From positions 9,546 through 73,545 of the forward strand of contig CAYJVM010000001.1 in NCBI GenBank assembly GCA_964373665.1: a stretch of DNA of 64,000 bases. Direction: 5' to 3'. How positions within the stretch are numbered: the stretch's first letter is position 1; every line of letters starts with the position of its first letter. A model generated the notes under the pieces. It was not told where the DNA came from. It made no database searches and was given only the letters and a program-made list of their open reading frames with translations. Below are positions 1-8,424 of this stretch, in pieces. The DNA comes from an uncultured archaeon (GTDB lineage: Archaea; Aenigmatarchaeota; Aenigmatarchaeia; CG10238-14; SCSR01). The translations under genes were made by a program, and so were the position numbers.

Positions 1-1520
1 CCATAATCTGCAAAGTTCCAATAGGCCTTAACTTTTGTTCCCATAGCCATGTTAGACTCTATAGGATATGTTCCAAATGGCGCATCTTTATGGTACATCC
101 ACATCCATATCTGTTTGACTCCCTTATTGTCTACATAGTCACACACATCTACATCACCGGCAAGAATTTGAAAATGGTCCGGTGGAGCTGGACCAGACTG
201 GCCCGCAGAACTCGGAACTTTCTTTAAGAATTCTTTTGTATCATAAATTGAATAGTCTAGATAGGCGACAGCATCAGCATTTTTATGTCCTTTGTATTTA
301 GTTCCTTTTTCAAGTGCAGCTATACCATTAGTTGTTATTGTATCTACCCACGTTCTTATTACAGAAATCTCGCAATTACTGCCGACACTGTTGAAAACAG
401 TGTTGCCCGAGCAACTCGTCCAAGTCTCTTGCGAATCAAGTTTTCCGTCACTGGTAAGGGGAAAGTATTTCAAAACAAGAACCTTAACCAGAATACCTAC
501 ACTAGGAACAGTTATACTAAAGCTTCTTGATGATTGCGAACCTATATTACCAGCAACATCACTCCCCCAAACAGTAACTACACACGTATTAGTACCAGCA
601 GTTCTGCAAGTACCTATCGAACCCATAGTTATTTTCAGTATAGAACTACACGTTCTTGTTTGCGCACTTATTTCCGTACCTGACCTACCTGTATCATCAA
701 CAGAATAAAAGCATGAAGACAGTCCAGAGTCTCCTGTGTCGATATCAGAAACTGTAATTTCAAAATCTATGCTCTGTGTAGAACTAGCTATAGGTGAAGT
801 TATCGAAGATGTAGGAGAATTTTTATCAACTTTAATTTCAGTTCCGGATGTTGTTGTGAATCTATTCCCGGCCTTATCTAAAATGCTATAGCAGAACCAT
901 TTATGACTATTAACAGTAATTGCTGTCGTATAAGCTGTGTAGGTTGTGGTTGAGAAAGTTGGGCATGAAGATGATGAAGAAAGATAATAATAATCTTGGT
1001 TATTATCACAACCAGATCCGACATCTGTACATGTTAATGTTATCGAAGCATCTGTGCTTTGCCAGTTTTTTGGACTACCAGTTAAACTTCCAGTAGGAAC
1101 GATTGTGTCATTAGGTGTTACTGTAAAGCTAGAACTCTTAGTTATTTCGATATTTCCAGTATTGTCGATTGAAAAGTATCTAACAAAACCAGTTCCAGAA
1201 ACAGAAAATGGTCCAGTATAAGCTATTGCTGGTGTACAGCTGTTAGTAATATCAATGCAATATTTCGTTTCCTTGCAACCTTCATTATCCGAACATGATA
1301 ACGTCACTGTAGAACCTAATAATGAAAATGATGTTATTGGTAGAGATAAGGTAACTGTTGGTTCGGTTGGTATAGTGGGGGATGGTTGAGGTTGTTCTTC
1401 TGGTTTTGTGGTATTATCAAGCTCAAGTTTTGGTTGTTCAGTTAATGTTAGGATTATATATGACGCAGCAATACTAACAGATAGTAATGCAACTATTGTA
1501 ATTAGAAACCCAGATACCAA
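1..1520 (-). CDS. Large secreted/cell-surface protein, N-terminal ~500 aa only; the gene continues past the window start. It has a signal-anchor helix, a Thr/Pro/Glu-rich linker, then at least 3 tandem Cys-containing beta-sandwich (Ig/PKD-like) repeats with a D-x-A-G-N motif.
   Basis: Hand translation of the reverse strand gives one open frame from a TTG at 1520-1518 (just after an in-frame TAA) to position 1 with no stop: LVSGFLITIVALLSVSIAASYIILTLTEQPKLELDNTTKPEEQPQPSPTIPTEPT... The repeats read ..FSIDNTGNIE.., ..SILDKAGNRF.., ..GSDVAGNIG... It is absent from the ORF track because no stop codon lies inside the window. Confidence 0.5.
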   Translation of the reverse strand, partial: MVSGFLITIVALLSVSIAASYIILTLTEQPKLELDNTTKPEEQPQPSPTIPTEPTVTLSLPITSFSLLGSTVTLSCSDNEGCKETKYCIDITNSCTPAIAYTGPFSVSGTGFVRYFSIDNTGNIEITKSSSFTVTPNDTIVPTGSLTGSPKNWQSTDASITLTCTDVGSGCDNNQDYYYLSSSSSCPTFSTTTYTAYTTAITVNSHKWFCYSILDKAGNRFTTTSGTEIKVDKNSPTSSITSPIASSTQSIDFEITVSDIDTGDSGLSSCFYSVDDTGRSGTEISAQTRTCSSILKITMGSIGTCRTAGTNTCVVTVWGSDVAGNIGSQSSRSFSITVPSVGILVKVLVLKYFPLTSDGKLDSQETWTSCSGNTVFNSVGSNCEISVIRTWVDTITTNGIAALEKGTKYKGHKNADAVAYLDYSIYDTKEFLKKVPSSAGQSGPAPPDHFQILAGDVDVCDYVDNKGVKQIWMWMYHKDAPFGTYPIESNMAMGTKVKAYWNFADY

Positions 1521-1565
1521 ATTCCCACTATTAATTTAAGTAACTTTAGATTATTAGATAATTAT

Positions 1566-1648
1566 GCTCGGGTGGCAGACCGGCGATGCGACCGCCTGCA
1601 GTTAAAGGCAGCCAGCGGTTTAAGCGAGTTCGACTCTCGTCCCGAGCT
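1566..1648 (+). tRNA. tRNA-Cys (anticodon GCA) with a ~12-nt intron at the canonical 37/38 position
   Basis: Acceptor stem GCTCGGG/CCCGAGC (7 bp). T-arm GCGAG-TTCGACT-CTCGT. Discriminator U73, the Cys identity element. Anticodon stem ACCGC/GCGGT encloses loop CU-GCA-G. The anticodon-containing CTGC pairs with a downstream GCAG, a BHB-like helix. The 83-nt length equals a 71-nt mature tRNA plus ~12 nt. Confidence 0.6.
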
Positions 1649-1703
1649 CATTTATTATTGCCGGCATGAAAAACTTAAATTCCAGGAAATACAGTTATTC
1701 CAA

Positions 1704-1910
1704 GTGGGACAATGGCCGGTGGACGACTTTGCTTTGCAAATAATCGAAAAAGAGCTTTCTAGACCAAAAACTTTCAAACAACTTTTAATATCAACCAAGC
1801 TTCCAGAAAGAACAGTAAGGTACAACTTATCTATCCTGAAGAAAAATGGCGAGGTTGTAGAAATACCTTACCTTATAGATTTGCGAAGCAAGATATTTTT
1901 AAAGAAATGA
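1704..1910 (+). CDS. Possible small winged-helix DNA-binding protein, trimmed from track ORF 1572..1910 whose 5' part is the tRNA-Cys gene
   Basis: In-frame GTG at 1704. The C-terminal segment TFKQLLISTKLPERTVRYNLSILKKNGEVVEI looks like a wHTH recognition helix plus wing. Whether it is coding is uncertain. Confidence 0.25.
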   Translation: MGQWPVDDFALQIIEKELSRPKTFKQLLISTKLPERTVRYNLSILKKNGEVVEIPYLIDLRSKIFLKK

Positions 1911-1924
1911 TTTGAAATGGTAAT

Positions 1925-3349
1925 ATGGCTCTCAAGTTATTCAACACAATGACAAAAAAGAAGGAAGTTTTCAAGCCCTTGAAGAATAAGCAAGTGAAGC
2001 TATTCGTTTGCGGTGTCACAGTCTATGACTATACGCATCTAGGCCATGCAAGAACATACGTCTTCTACGACACCCTAGTTAGGTTCCTGGAGCATCAAAA
2101 TTACAAAGTAAAGTACCTCCAGAATGTAACTGATGTCGGGCATTTGCTTGATACAGGTGAAGACAGAATTCTTAAAAAGGCAAAGCAGGAACAGAAAGAT
2201 CCATTGCAGATTGCCAACAACTATTTGATCCATTGGCTGGAGATGATGGAGAAGCTCCATATAAAAAAGCCTGATTTAATGCCGCGGGCAACCGAGCACA
2301 TAAATGAAATCATCACACAAGTTCAGCATATAATCAAAAACGGCTGCGCCTACATAGCAAACGGCTCTGTATATTTTGATGTCTCAAAGTTCAAAGATTA
2401 TGGAAAACTTTCAAAGAAAATTCCGCAGGAATTGAAGGCGGGTGCAAGGGCCGGTATCAATACAGACAAGACTGATCCGCATGATTTTGCTTTATGGATA
2501 CAGGCTGCGCCGGAGCATGTGCTGAGATGGGAGTCTCCATGGTCTGTCGGGTATCCTGGCTGGCATATAGAAGACACGGCCATAGCTGTGAAATGCTTTG
2601 GACCGCAATATGATATACACGGCGGGGCAATAGAGCTTGCATTTCCCCACCATGAAGCCGAGATAGCGCAGGCAGAATCTGCAACCGGAAAGAAACCTTA
2701 TGTAAGATACTGGGTTCATACTGGTTTGTTGACAATTGATGGGCAGAAGATGAGCAAGTCTTTGAAAAATTTTGTAACCATCCGAGAAGCTTTAGAGAAA
2801 CATTCTCCAGAGACATTAAGAATATGGGTGTCGTCTTCACACTACAGAAAACCAATAGACTATAAAGCGAATGACTTGGAATCAGCTAGAAATAAAGTCG
2901 AAAAAATCAGAGCCGTTTTGGAGAGAATAAGAGAAAGTTATGATAAAACAGGTAAAAAGTCTTACTTTTTGAAAAACAAGATTAAAATATTAAAAAATGA
3001 TTTCTTGAATGCACTGAATGATGATATGAATACGCCTTTAGGATTAACTAAATTCTTCCAGATTATTTCACTCGTCAACAAGTATATTGACAACAATAAA
3101 TTTTCAAAAGATGACTTGGAATTTGCTGAATACACCCTAAAAGAATTAGGCGATATACTGCAGATAATTCCTCCATTAAAGAAAAAAGAATTACCTAAAG
3201 AAGTTTTTGGGTTGATAAAGAAAAGAGAGGCTGCTCGAAAGATTGGCAACTTTGAGCTTGCGGATAAAATCAGAGACGAAATTAGAGAGAAGTACGGAAT
3301 AATTGTAGAAGACACAAAAGAAGGTTTCAAGTGGAAACCTGTCATCTAG
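1925..3349 (+). CDS. cysS: Cysteinyl-tRNA synthetase
   Basis: Class I aaRS with HLGH (HIGH) motif at CGVTVYDYTHLGHARTY and KMSKS at GQKMSKSLKN. Size is 474 aa. The gene lies immediately downstream of tRNA-Cys. Confidence 0.9.
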   Translation: MALKLFNTMTKKKEVFKPLKNKQVKLFVCGVTVYDYTHLGHARTYVFYDTLVRFLEHQNYKVKYLQNVTDVGHLLDTGEDRILKKAKQEQKDPLQIANNYLIHWLEMMEKLHIKKPDLMPRATEHINEIITQVQHIIKNGCAYIANGSVYFDVSKFKDYGKLSKKIPQELKAGARAGINTDKTDPHDFALWIQAAPEHVLRWESPWSVGYPGWHIEDTAIAVKCFGPQYDIHGGAIELAFPHHEAEIAQAESATGKKPYVRYWVHTGLLTIDGQKMSKSLKNFVTIREALEKHSPETLRIWVSSSHYRKPIDYKANDLESARNKVEKIRAVLERIRESYDKTGKKSYFLKNKIKILKNDFLNALNDDMNTPLGLTKFFQIISLVNKYIDNNKFSKDDLEFAEYTLKELGDILQIIPPLKKKELPKEVFGLIKKREAARKIGNFELADKIRDEIREKYGIIVEDTKEGFKWKPVI

Positions 3350-4130
3350 ATGAGCAATAACTCTTTATAAACTCAACTATGTCGGCAGCTGGTACAGCAA
3401 ACGCCATGGTTGCATCGTGCTGTGCTATTTTAGTGACCATGCCTACAAGGGCACCTTCGTGTAAAACAGGCGATCCGCTCATGCCATGTGACATATTAGG
3501 CCTAGTCCAATATTGTGTCATAAAGGATTTTTCGACAAATGTCGATGCAAATATCAACGGATGAATGCCATCCTTTTTTTCAGGATTTAACGTGGAAATG
3601 TTGCTTTGGCTTTCAGGTTCTTTGAATTCCAGTTGATTATCGAATTCTCTAGGAAAGGCTTTGACAAGCGCCAAGTCTTTGTAAAAGTCCTTGCTTACTA
3701 CACTCCCGTATCTTACACCTTCACTTTCCCCATCATATATAGACACAAAGAATTTTTGGTTGTTGTAAGGCGAAAATGGCAATTGAAATTTTGTTATCGA
3801 GTCTACATTATGATATGGCGTAAGCACTAGACCCCCACCCAGTTCATATCCTACGCCTGCATAAAGAATGCCTATAGGATCAGACCAATCGTCATTCATA
3901 GACTCTATAGCTGCAGTTTCCACCCTTACCATTCTTCGGTGAGAATTCTCAGTGGTATGTCTTTTGGAAAAAAAGTTAGATACAGGATGCGGTTTACTTA
4001 TTTTGCATACATTACCATTGTTGGAGAACGAAAGGACATAATTTGAGTTATAAGGCAGCGCAACGTATAAGGATGCCAACCCAATTAATGCCGCGGCACA
4101 AAAATTCAGAATCCCAAATTTGGGAATCAT
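3342..4130 (-). CDS. Secreted trypsin-like (S1 family) serine peptidase
   Basis: N-terminal hydrophobic signal/anchor. Active-site-like GMSGSPV (GDSGGP-type). His and Asp lie in plausible positions (TPYHNVD, DLALVK). Confidence 0.55.
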   Translation of the reverse strand: MIPKFGILNFCAAALIGLASLYVALPYNSNYVLSFSNNGNVCKISKPHPVSNFFSKRHTTENSHRRMVRVETAAIESMNDDWSDPIGILYAGVGYELGGGLVLTPYHNVDSITKFQLPFSPYNNQKFFVSIYDGESEGVRYGSVVSKDFYKDLALVKAFPREFDNQLEFKEPESQSNISTLNPEKKDGIHPLIFASTFVEKSFMTQYWTRPNMSHGMSGSPVLHEGALVGMVTKIAQHDATMAFAVPAADIVEFIKSYCSSR

Positions 4131-4187
4131 TCGAATACCACCAATCTAAAGTAGGCACTTGACGGATTTAAGCTTCTTCCTTCAATA

Positions 4188-5510
4188 TTGTTTCAAGAAG
4201 TCTTTACTTCTCAAGGCATTTCCATGGTCGACTTTAAGAAAGTTTGGGTATGGTATTCCCGCGAATCCGTCCAAAAAGCTCTTCTTGAGATATCAAAAGA
4301 CCGTGAAGTGATTTCTGTTTTTCAGGACGGGGGATTCGGCAGGCGACCGGACATACTACAATATCCCGCAGACATAACCCAGTCGGTGGCAAACGGCACA
4401 GTAGCATTCCACGGCTCGGTCGAAAGATGGACTAATCCCATGAATCTTGGAGTCGGATTGGGTAAGAAGGAACTTGACAACCTGAGAAAAGGATGGGACG
4501 TTATTATAGACCCAGACGTCAAGGATTTTGAAATCTCTAAAATAGTCGCCAAGTCAATAATCAATGGATTGGAGAAGCACAAGATCAAGAACTATTCCAT
4601 TAAATTCACAGGCGGCAAAGGGTTCCACATAGGAGTCGGCTTCGAGTCGTTTCCAGATATGATTAATCTGCAGAAAACGAGCGCTCGTTATCCGATGCTA
4701 TCGCATGCGATTATCGAATATCTAAAATGGTATTTGAAAGACGAGCTTAAGGAAAAGTTGCTTAGCCTCGATGACGCGGAAGATCTTGCAAAAAGGGCCG
4801 GCAAAACACTCCATGATGTGGTTACCGAAAATGAGTTTGATCCCTACAAGCTGGTTTCGATGGACCTTTTTGGATCGCGACATTTGTTCAGATTGCCGTT
4901 TTCGCTGCACGAGTCGACTCTGCTGGTAAGCCTGCCGATAAATCCTGAAAAGATAGACAGGTTCACAAAAGAGGATGCGACCATTGACAAAGCCAAAATT
5001 GAAGAAAAGTTTTTGATACCAAAAATTGAGGGGGATGGTGAAGGACTGGTAGTTGAAGCTCTTGACTGGGCGTCCAAATTCAAGGTGGAAGAAATGGTTG
5101 CAACGCCTCGCAAGTTCAACATCCAGGTAAAGGAAGTGCCTGAGGGTTTCTTTCCGCCGTGTATTAAGAACATACTTGATACTGGTTTGATGGAAGGCAG
5201 GAAGCGCGCCGTATTCATCCTGATAACCTTCCTCAGGAATATGGGTTGGAACGACGAAAAGATTGAGAAAAGGATATTCGAGTGGAACGAGAAAAATGTC
5301 CCTCCATTGAGAGCCAACTATTTACGATCGCAGCTGAGATGGCACTTTAGGCAGGAGAGGAATTTGCTGCCGCCCAACTGCGAGAACGATGTTTTCTACA
5401 GGCAGCTTGGGCTTTACGACATCTGTTGCAAAGAGATTGACCATTCTAATGTAAAGAATCCAGTCAACGTTCCTTTGCGCAGACTGAGGGAAGGGAGGAA
5501 GCACAAGTAA
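4188..5510 (+). CDS. priS: DNA primase catalytic subunit PriS fused to a C-terminal PriL-CTD-like 4-Cys (Fe-S) domain
   Basis: AEP primase motif I VIIDPD, motif II FTGGKGFHIGV, motif III FRLPFSLHES. The C-terminal ~140 aa carry FFPPCIKNIL...LPPNCEN...YDICCKE, resembling the PPCM-containing Fe-S domain of the primase large subunit. Confidence 0.7.
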   Translation: MFQEVFTSQGISMVDFKKVWVWYSRESVQKALLEISKDREVISVFQDGGFGRRPDILQYPADITQSVANGTVAFHGSVERWTNPMNLGVGLGKKELDNLRKGWDVIIDPDVKDFEISKIVAKSIINGLEKHKIKNYSIKFTGGKGFHIGVGFESFPDMINLQKTSARYPMLSHAIIEYLKWYLKDELKEKLLSLDDAEDLAKRAGKTLHDVVTENEFDPYKLVSMDLFGSRHLFRLPFSLHESTLLVSLPINPEKIDRFTKEDATIDKAKIEEKFLIPKIEGDGEGLVVEALDWASKFKVEEMVATPRKFNIQVKEVPEGFFPPCIKNILDTGLMEGRKRAVFILITFLRNMGWNDEKIEKRIFEWNEKNVPPLRANYLRSQLRWHFRQERNLLPPNCENDVFYRQLGLYDICCKEIDHSNVKNPVNVPLRRLREGRKHK

Positions 5511-5555
5511 CGCAAATCTATTAATGCTTTCATTTAACCTTATAATTACGATACA

Positions 5556-6065
5556 ATGCCTGAAGAGACAATCACTTTTGAACTGATAAGAAGGATACAT
5601 TTGGACGAACAAAGGACGCCTGGCCTGACCAAGCTGCCGCCGAACTTTTTCCAAGCCGTATCTGAATATATGGCACAGAAGAAACAGCTTGAGCTGGATG
5701 ACAGGAGGACTGTGCTTGAGGCGAGAAGCATAGAGAATATGGTGCAGAACATTTTTGACAGGAGGGAAAGGAAGATACTCAACCATGCCATAATTTCCGC
5801 AAGGACAGGCTTACCGCCTGAAAACATGGTCGATGAGGAAAAGCTCTTTTACAAATCTGTCTTGAACCTGATCAAGGCTAGAAGGGACATATTCAAGTCG
5901 CCCAAAGTTGAATCGAAGCCAGTTGTAATTTTTAAGGAAGATGTCCCGGAATTCTTGGGCTTGGATGAAAAAACATACGGACCGTTCAAGAAGGGCGACA
6001 CAGCGACACTGCCAGAGGAGAACATGAAAATTTTGCTTGAAAGGGAAGCCATAGAGGTAATGTGA
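5556..6065 (+). CDS. GINS subunit (Gins15/Gins51-like)
   Basis: C-terminal B-domain-like segment TYGPFKKGDTATLPEENMKILLEREAIE. The gene is adjacent to priS, the known priS-gins15 synteny in Crenarchaeota/TACK archaea. Size is 169 aa. Confidence 0.45.
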   Translation: MPEETITFELIRRIHLDEQRTPGLTKLPPNFFQAVSEYMAQKKQLELDDRRTVLEARSIENMVQNIFDRRERKILNHAIISARTGLPPENMVDEEKLFYKSVLNLIKARRDIFKSPKVESKPVVIFKEDVPEFLGLDEKTYGPFKKGDTATLPEENMKILLEREAIEVM

Positions 6066-6091
6066 ATAAACTTTTAAACTAGATGTCATAA

Positions 6092-6385
6092 TTGATTAAA
6101 ATGAAATTCCCCCAAAAAATGAAGACATTTTGCCCCAAGTGCAAAAAGCACACTTTGCACACAGTCGAGATTACAAAGAAGAAACCTAGGGGCGCTATGA
6201 AGCACGGGCAGAGAATTTTTATGCGCAAGATGAAAGGATATGGAAGCTTTCCTAGACCCCAGCCAGATCACGAGAAGAGCACAAAGAAGGTCGATCTTCG
6301 ATACAAGTGTTCCGAATGCGGCAAGAAGCATATGCGCGGAAGCGGCTGGAGGGCAAAGAAATTCGAGATTGTGAAGGTGGATTAG
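6092..6385 (+). CDS. rpl44e: Ribosomal protein L44e
   Basis: CPKCKKH...CSECGK zinc ribbon, basic 97-aa protein, followed by rps27e (conserved archaeal gene pair). Confidence 0.85.
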   Translation: MIKMKFPQKMKTFCPKCKKHTLHTVEITKKKPRGAMKHGQRIFMRKMKGYGSFPRPQPDHEKSTKKVDLRYKCSECGKKHMRGSGWRAKKFEIVKVD

Positions 6386-6574
6386 ATGAAAGATATAATA
6401 CAGATGCCGAAAAGCAGATTCCAGAGGGTGGCTTGCAGGAAATGCAGGAACGACCAGATAGTCTTCAACAAGGCGTCTACCCAGGTCAACTGCCTAAAGT
6501 GCGGCGCCGAGATGCTCATCCCGACAGGCGGCTCGGCCGAGATAAAGGGAAGGGCCGCGAGAACATTCACTTAA
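6386..6574 (+). CDS. rps27e: Ribosomal protein S27e
   Basis: C4 zinc finger VACRKCRNDQIVFNKASTQVNCLKCG, 62 aa. TAGATG junction with rpl44e. Confidence 0.85.
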   Translation: MKDIIQMPKSRFQRVACRKCRNDQIVFNKASTQVNCLKCGAEMLIPTGGSAEIKGRAARTFT

Positions 6575-6612
6575 CTATTAATTTTAAAAGAACCAATTAC
6601 TATTAAGAGTGT

Positions 6613-7170
6613 ATGTTTTGGAAATCAAGCAAGTGCAAAAATTGCGACACGAACATCAAGTTCGAATGGAAATGGTGCCCCAGTTGCGGGTTTAGCCTGA
6701 AAAAGCGCGATATTTTTGTCGATGTGGAAAGGGACATTCACCGCATGGAAAAGGAGTTGGACATGAAAATACCAACGTTTATGCTAAAACCAGGAATGCA
6801 TGCAAAGGGAATAGGCATCACAATTTCTTCCAACAACAACTCCCCGCCAAAAATTCAAGTCACGCCATTAGGAAACAGGCAGCATAAGCATATTCATGAA
6901 AAGCATGTGCACAGGCCTGTCAGGATAGCCAAGTACACCGAAGAACCCGAGGCTAGGATAGAGAAGAAAAACAATGTGCAGATAATCAACCTGAACCTTC
7001 CGGACGTCAAGAGCGTTGACGACATTGAGATAAGAAAGTTCTCGCAGAGCATAGAGGTCAGGGCGTTCGCAGGCGATAAGGGCTATTTCAAGCTCATACC
7101 GATTCCGTCAAACTCTACTATCAACAATGAGTTCAAAGACGGGGTTCTGAAGATTCAAGTCGCGAAATAG
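6613..7170 (+). CDS. Zn-ribbon protein with a C-terminal Hsp20/alpha-crystallin-like domain
   Basis: N-terminal CKNCDT...CPSCG ribbon. The C-terminal end EIRKFSQSIEVRAFAGDKGYFKLIPIPSNSTINNEFKDGVLKIQVAK resembles a small heat-shock protein C-terminus. Confidence 0.45.
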   Translation: MFWKSSKCKNCDTNIKFEWKWCPSCGFSLKKRDIFVDVERDIHRMEKELDMKIPTFMLKPGMHAKGIGITISSNNNSPPKIQVTPLGNRQHKHIHEKHVHRPVRIAKYTEEPEARIEKKNNVQIINLNLPDVKSVDDIEIRKFSQSIEVRAFAGDKGYFKLIPIPSNSTINNEFKDGVLKIQVAK

Positions 7171-7171
7171 G

Positions 7172-7870
7172 TTAGAATATCAGGTACACGAAAAGACCGA
7201 ACGTTATTATGGTGCCGAGATCCGCAAGAGGAGTCATCAATGGCATCACGAGGTTATTGGGATCCTCTTTTCTTCTATAGACATAAAAGACGGCCGACGA
7301 CGCCAGCAGCACGACGATGCTTGTCATCACGGCTGAAGTTAAGACAGAGACCGCTGTAACTTTCACTACAGTGCCAATAGTCAGAGGAAATCCTTTGAGA
7401 TAGGCTACAGCGGACGAAATCAGGCCAATGTAAAGCGAGGACATGATAGAAACCTGGGCTATAGTCATAATTATTTTTCTGACGTCCTTGTTTTGCCACC
7501 ATTTTCCGATAACATTCTTGGTGAACGCCAGGGTGGAGAGCCTCGATACCATTATCATGCCGTAATCTCCCATCATGTCATTCAATGCCGGAAACAGGAT
7601 CAGCAATGGCAGGAAGAATAAAAACTTGTCTTGCATTGCCTGCAGGCTTATGCCAGCTAGTGTTCCTATGACGAGAGCTACAACAAGGGCGAAAAGGCTC
7701 TCCCGCAATATCACTGATGCTATGTGTGACCTCGGGCCGTATTCCTTCATGTAGAAGATTGTTCTTTTCGAGATGCTTTGCTTGGCTGCTATTTTGTGTA
7801 TGATCGGGTGGTGCTCGTGCCTGCGTATTTTTCTCAACTGTCTCCTGATGGAAGCACTTGGCATTTTCAT
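7172..7870 (-). CDS. MgtE/SLC41-like divalent-cation transporter membrane-domain protein (half-size, member 2 of a pair)
   Basis: Multi-TM protein containing DPNNLVMPLMTPLADLG (DP..sgP.ittl.D..G pattern of MgtE TM domains). ATGA overlap with the upstream paralogue. Confidence 0.5.
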   Translation of the reverse strand: MKMPSASIRRQLRKIRRHEHHPIIHKIAAKQSISKRTIFYMKEYGPRSHIASVILRESLFALVVALVIGTLAGISLQAMQDKFLFFLPLLILFPALNDMMGDYGMIMVSRLSTLAFTKNVIGKWWQNKDVRKIIMTIAQVSIMSSLYIGLISSAVAYLKGFPLTIGTVVKVTAVSVLTSAVMTSIVVLLASSAVFYVYRRKEDPNNLVMPLMTPLADLGTIITFGLFVYLIF

Positions 7871-8409
7871 ATGATCACTACCGCAACCAACAGCGAGATT
7901 ATTGTAACAATGTCGCCCATCGTCGAGACGTACGGACCCATGATGTTGTTAGGGTCAAAGCCTTTCTTGAAAAGCCAGAAAGTCGCGATCACAGTCAAAG
8001 GCACCTCTGCGGCGTTTGCCATAACTGCTGCAAGAAGCGAAATAAGGATTATTTTCGGGTAGTTGACGTTGAAGACCGCATAGTTGACGGCGTATGCAAC
8101 CGCTCCGAAAAGCAGGCTCAGTATAACCGTCAGCAGGAATGCGGCCTTGATGTTTTCTCTAGTCACTCTACTGAAGATATTCCGCGGTTTGAGAACGCCC
8201 AAATGCAGGCCTGCACTCAGCCTTGCCGCAAGGCTCCCGCTGATGGTGCCCCTCATGTCCAAAAGGCCGGGAAGCAAAATGAAAAATCCTGGGATCAGGT
8301 AGATCTTGTCGAGATAAACCGCAAGCAATGCGCCTGCCGCGATGCCCCCGGTAACTGAAATTAGTTGCGTGTAGAAGATTTCCTTGAAATCCTTCGTGAA
8401 GAACCCCAT
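7867..8409 (-). CDS. MgtE/SLC41-like divalent-cation transporter membrane-domain protein (member 1 of a pair)
   Basis: PGLLDMRGTISGSLAARLS and DPNNIMGPYVSTMGDIVTII motifs. 5 predicted TM helices. Confidence 0.5.
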   Translation of the reverse strand: MGFFTKDFKEIFYTQLISVTGGIAAGALLAVYLDKIYLIPGFFILLPGLLDMRGTISGSLAARLSAGLHLGVLKPRNIFSRVTRENIKAAFLLTVILSLLFGAVAYAVNYAVFNVNYPKIILISLLAAVMANAAEVPLTVIATFWLFKKGFDPNNIMGPYVSTMGDIVTIISLLVAVVII

Positions 8410-8424
8410 AAAATATCTATGGGC

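Noticed and set aside
1572-1910. Track ORF of 112 aa (MADRRCDRLQLKAASGL...)
   Set aside because: Its first ~75 nt are the tRNA-Cys gene: acceptor, T-arm and BHB structure are evident. Only the 3' part (from GTG 1704) might be a small wHTH ORF.
2075-3345. Several minus-strand ORFs (61-132 aa) inside cysS
   Set aside because: They are antisense to a confidently identified aaRS gene and have no motifs.
6307-6606. 99-aa plus-strand ORF overlapping the end of rpl44e and all of rps27e in another frame
   Set aside because: The overlapped frames encode well-recognised ribosomal proteins L44e and S27e; this is an alternative-frame artefact.
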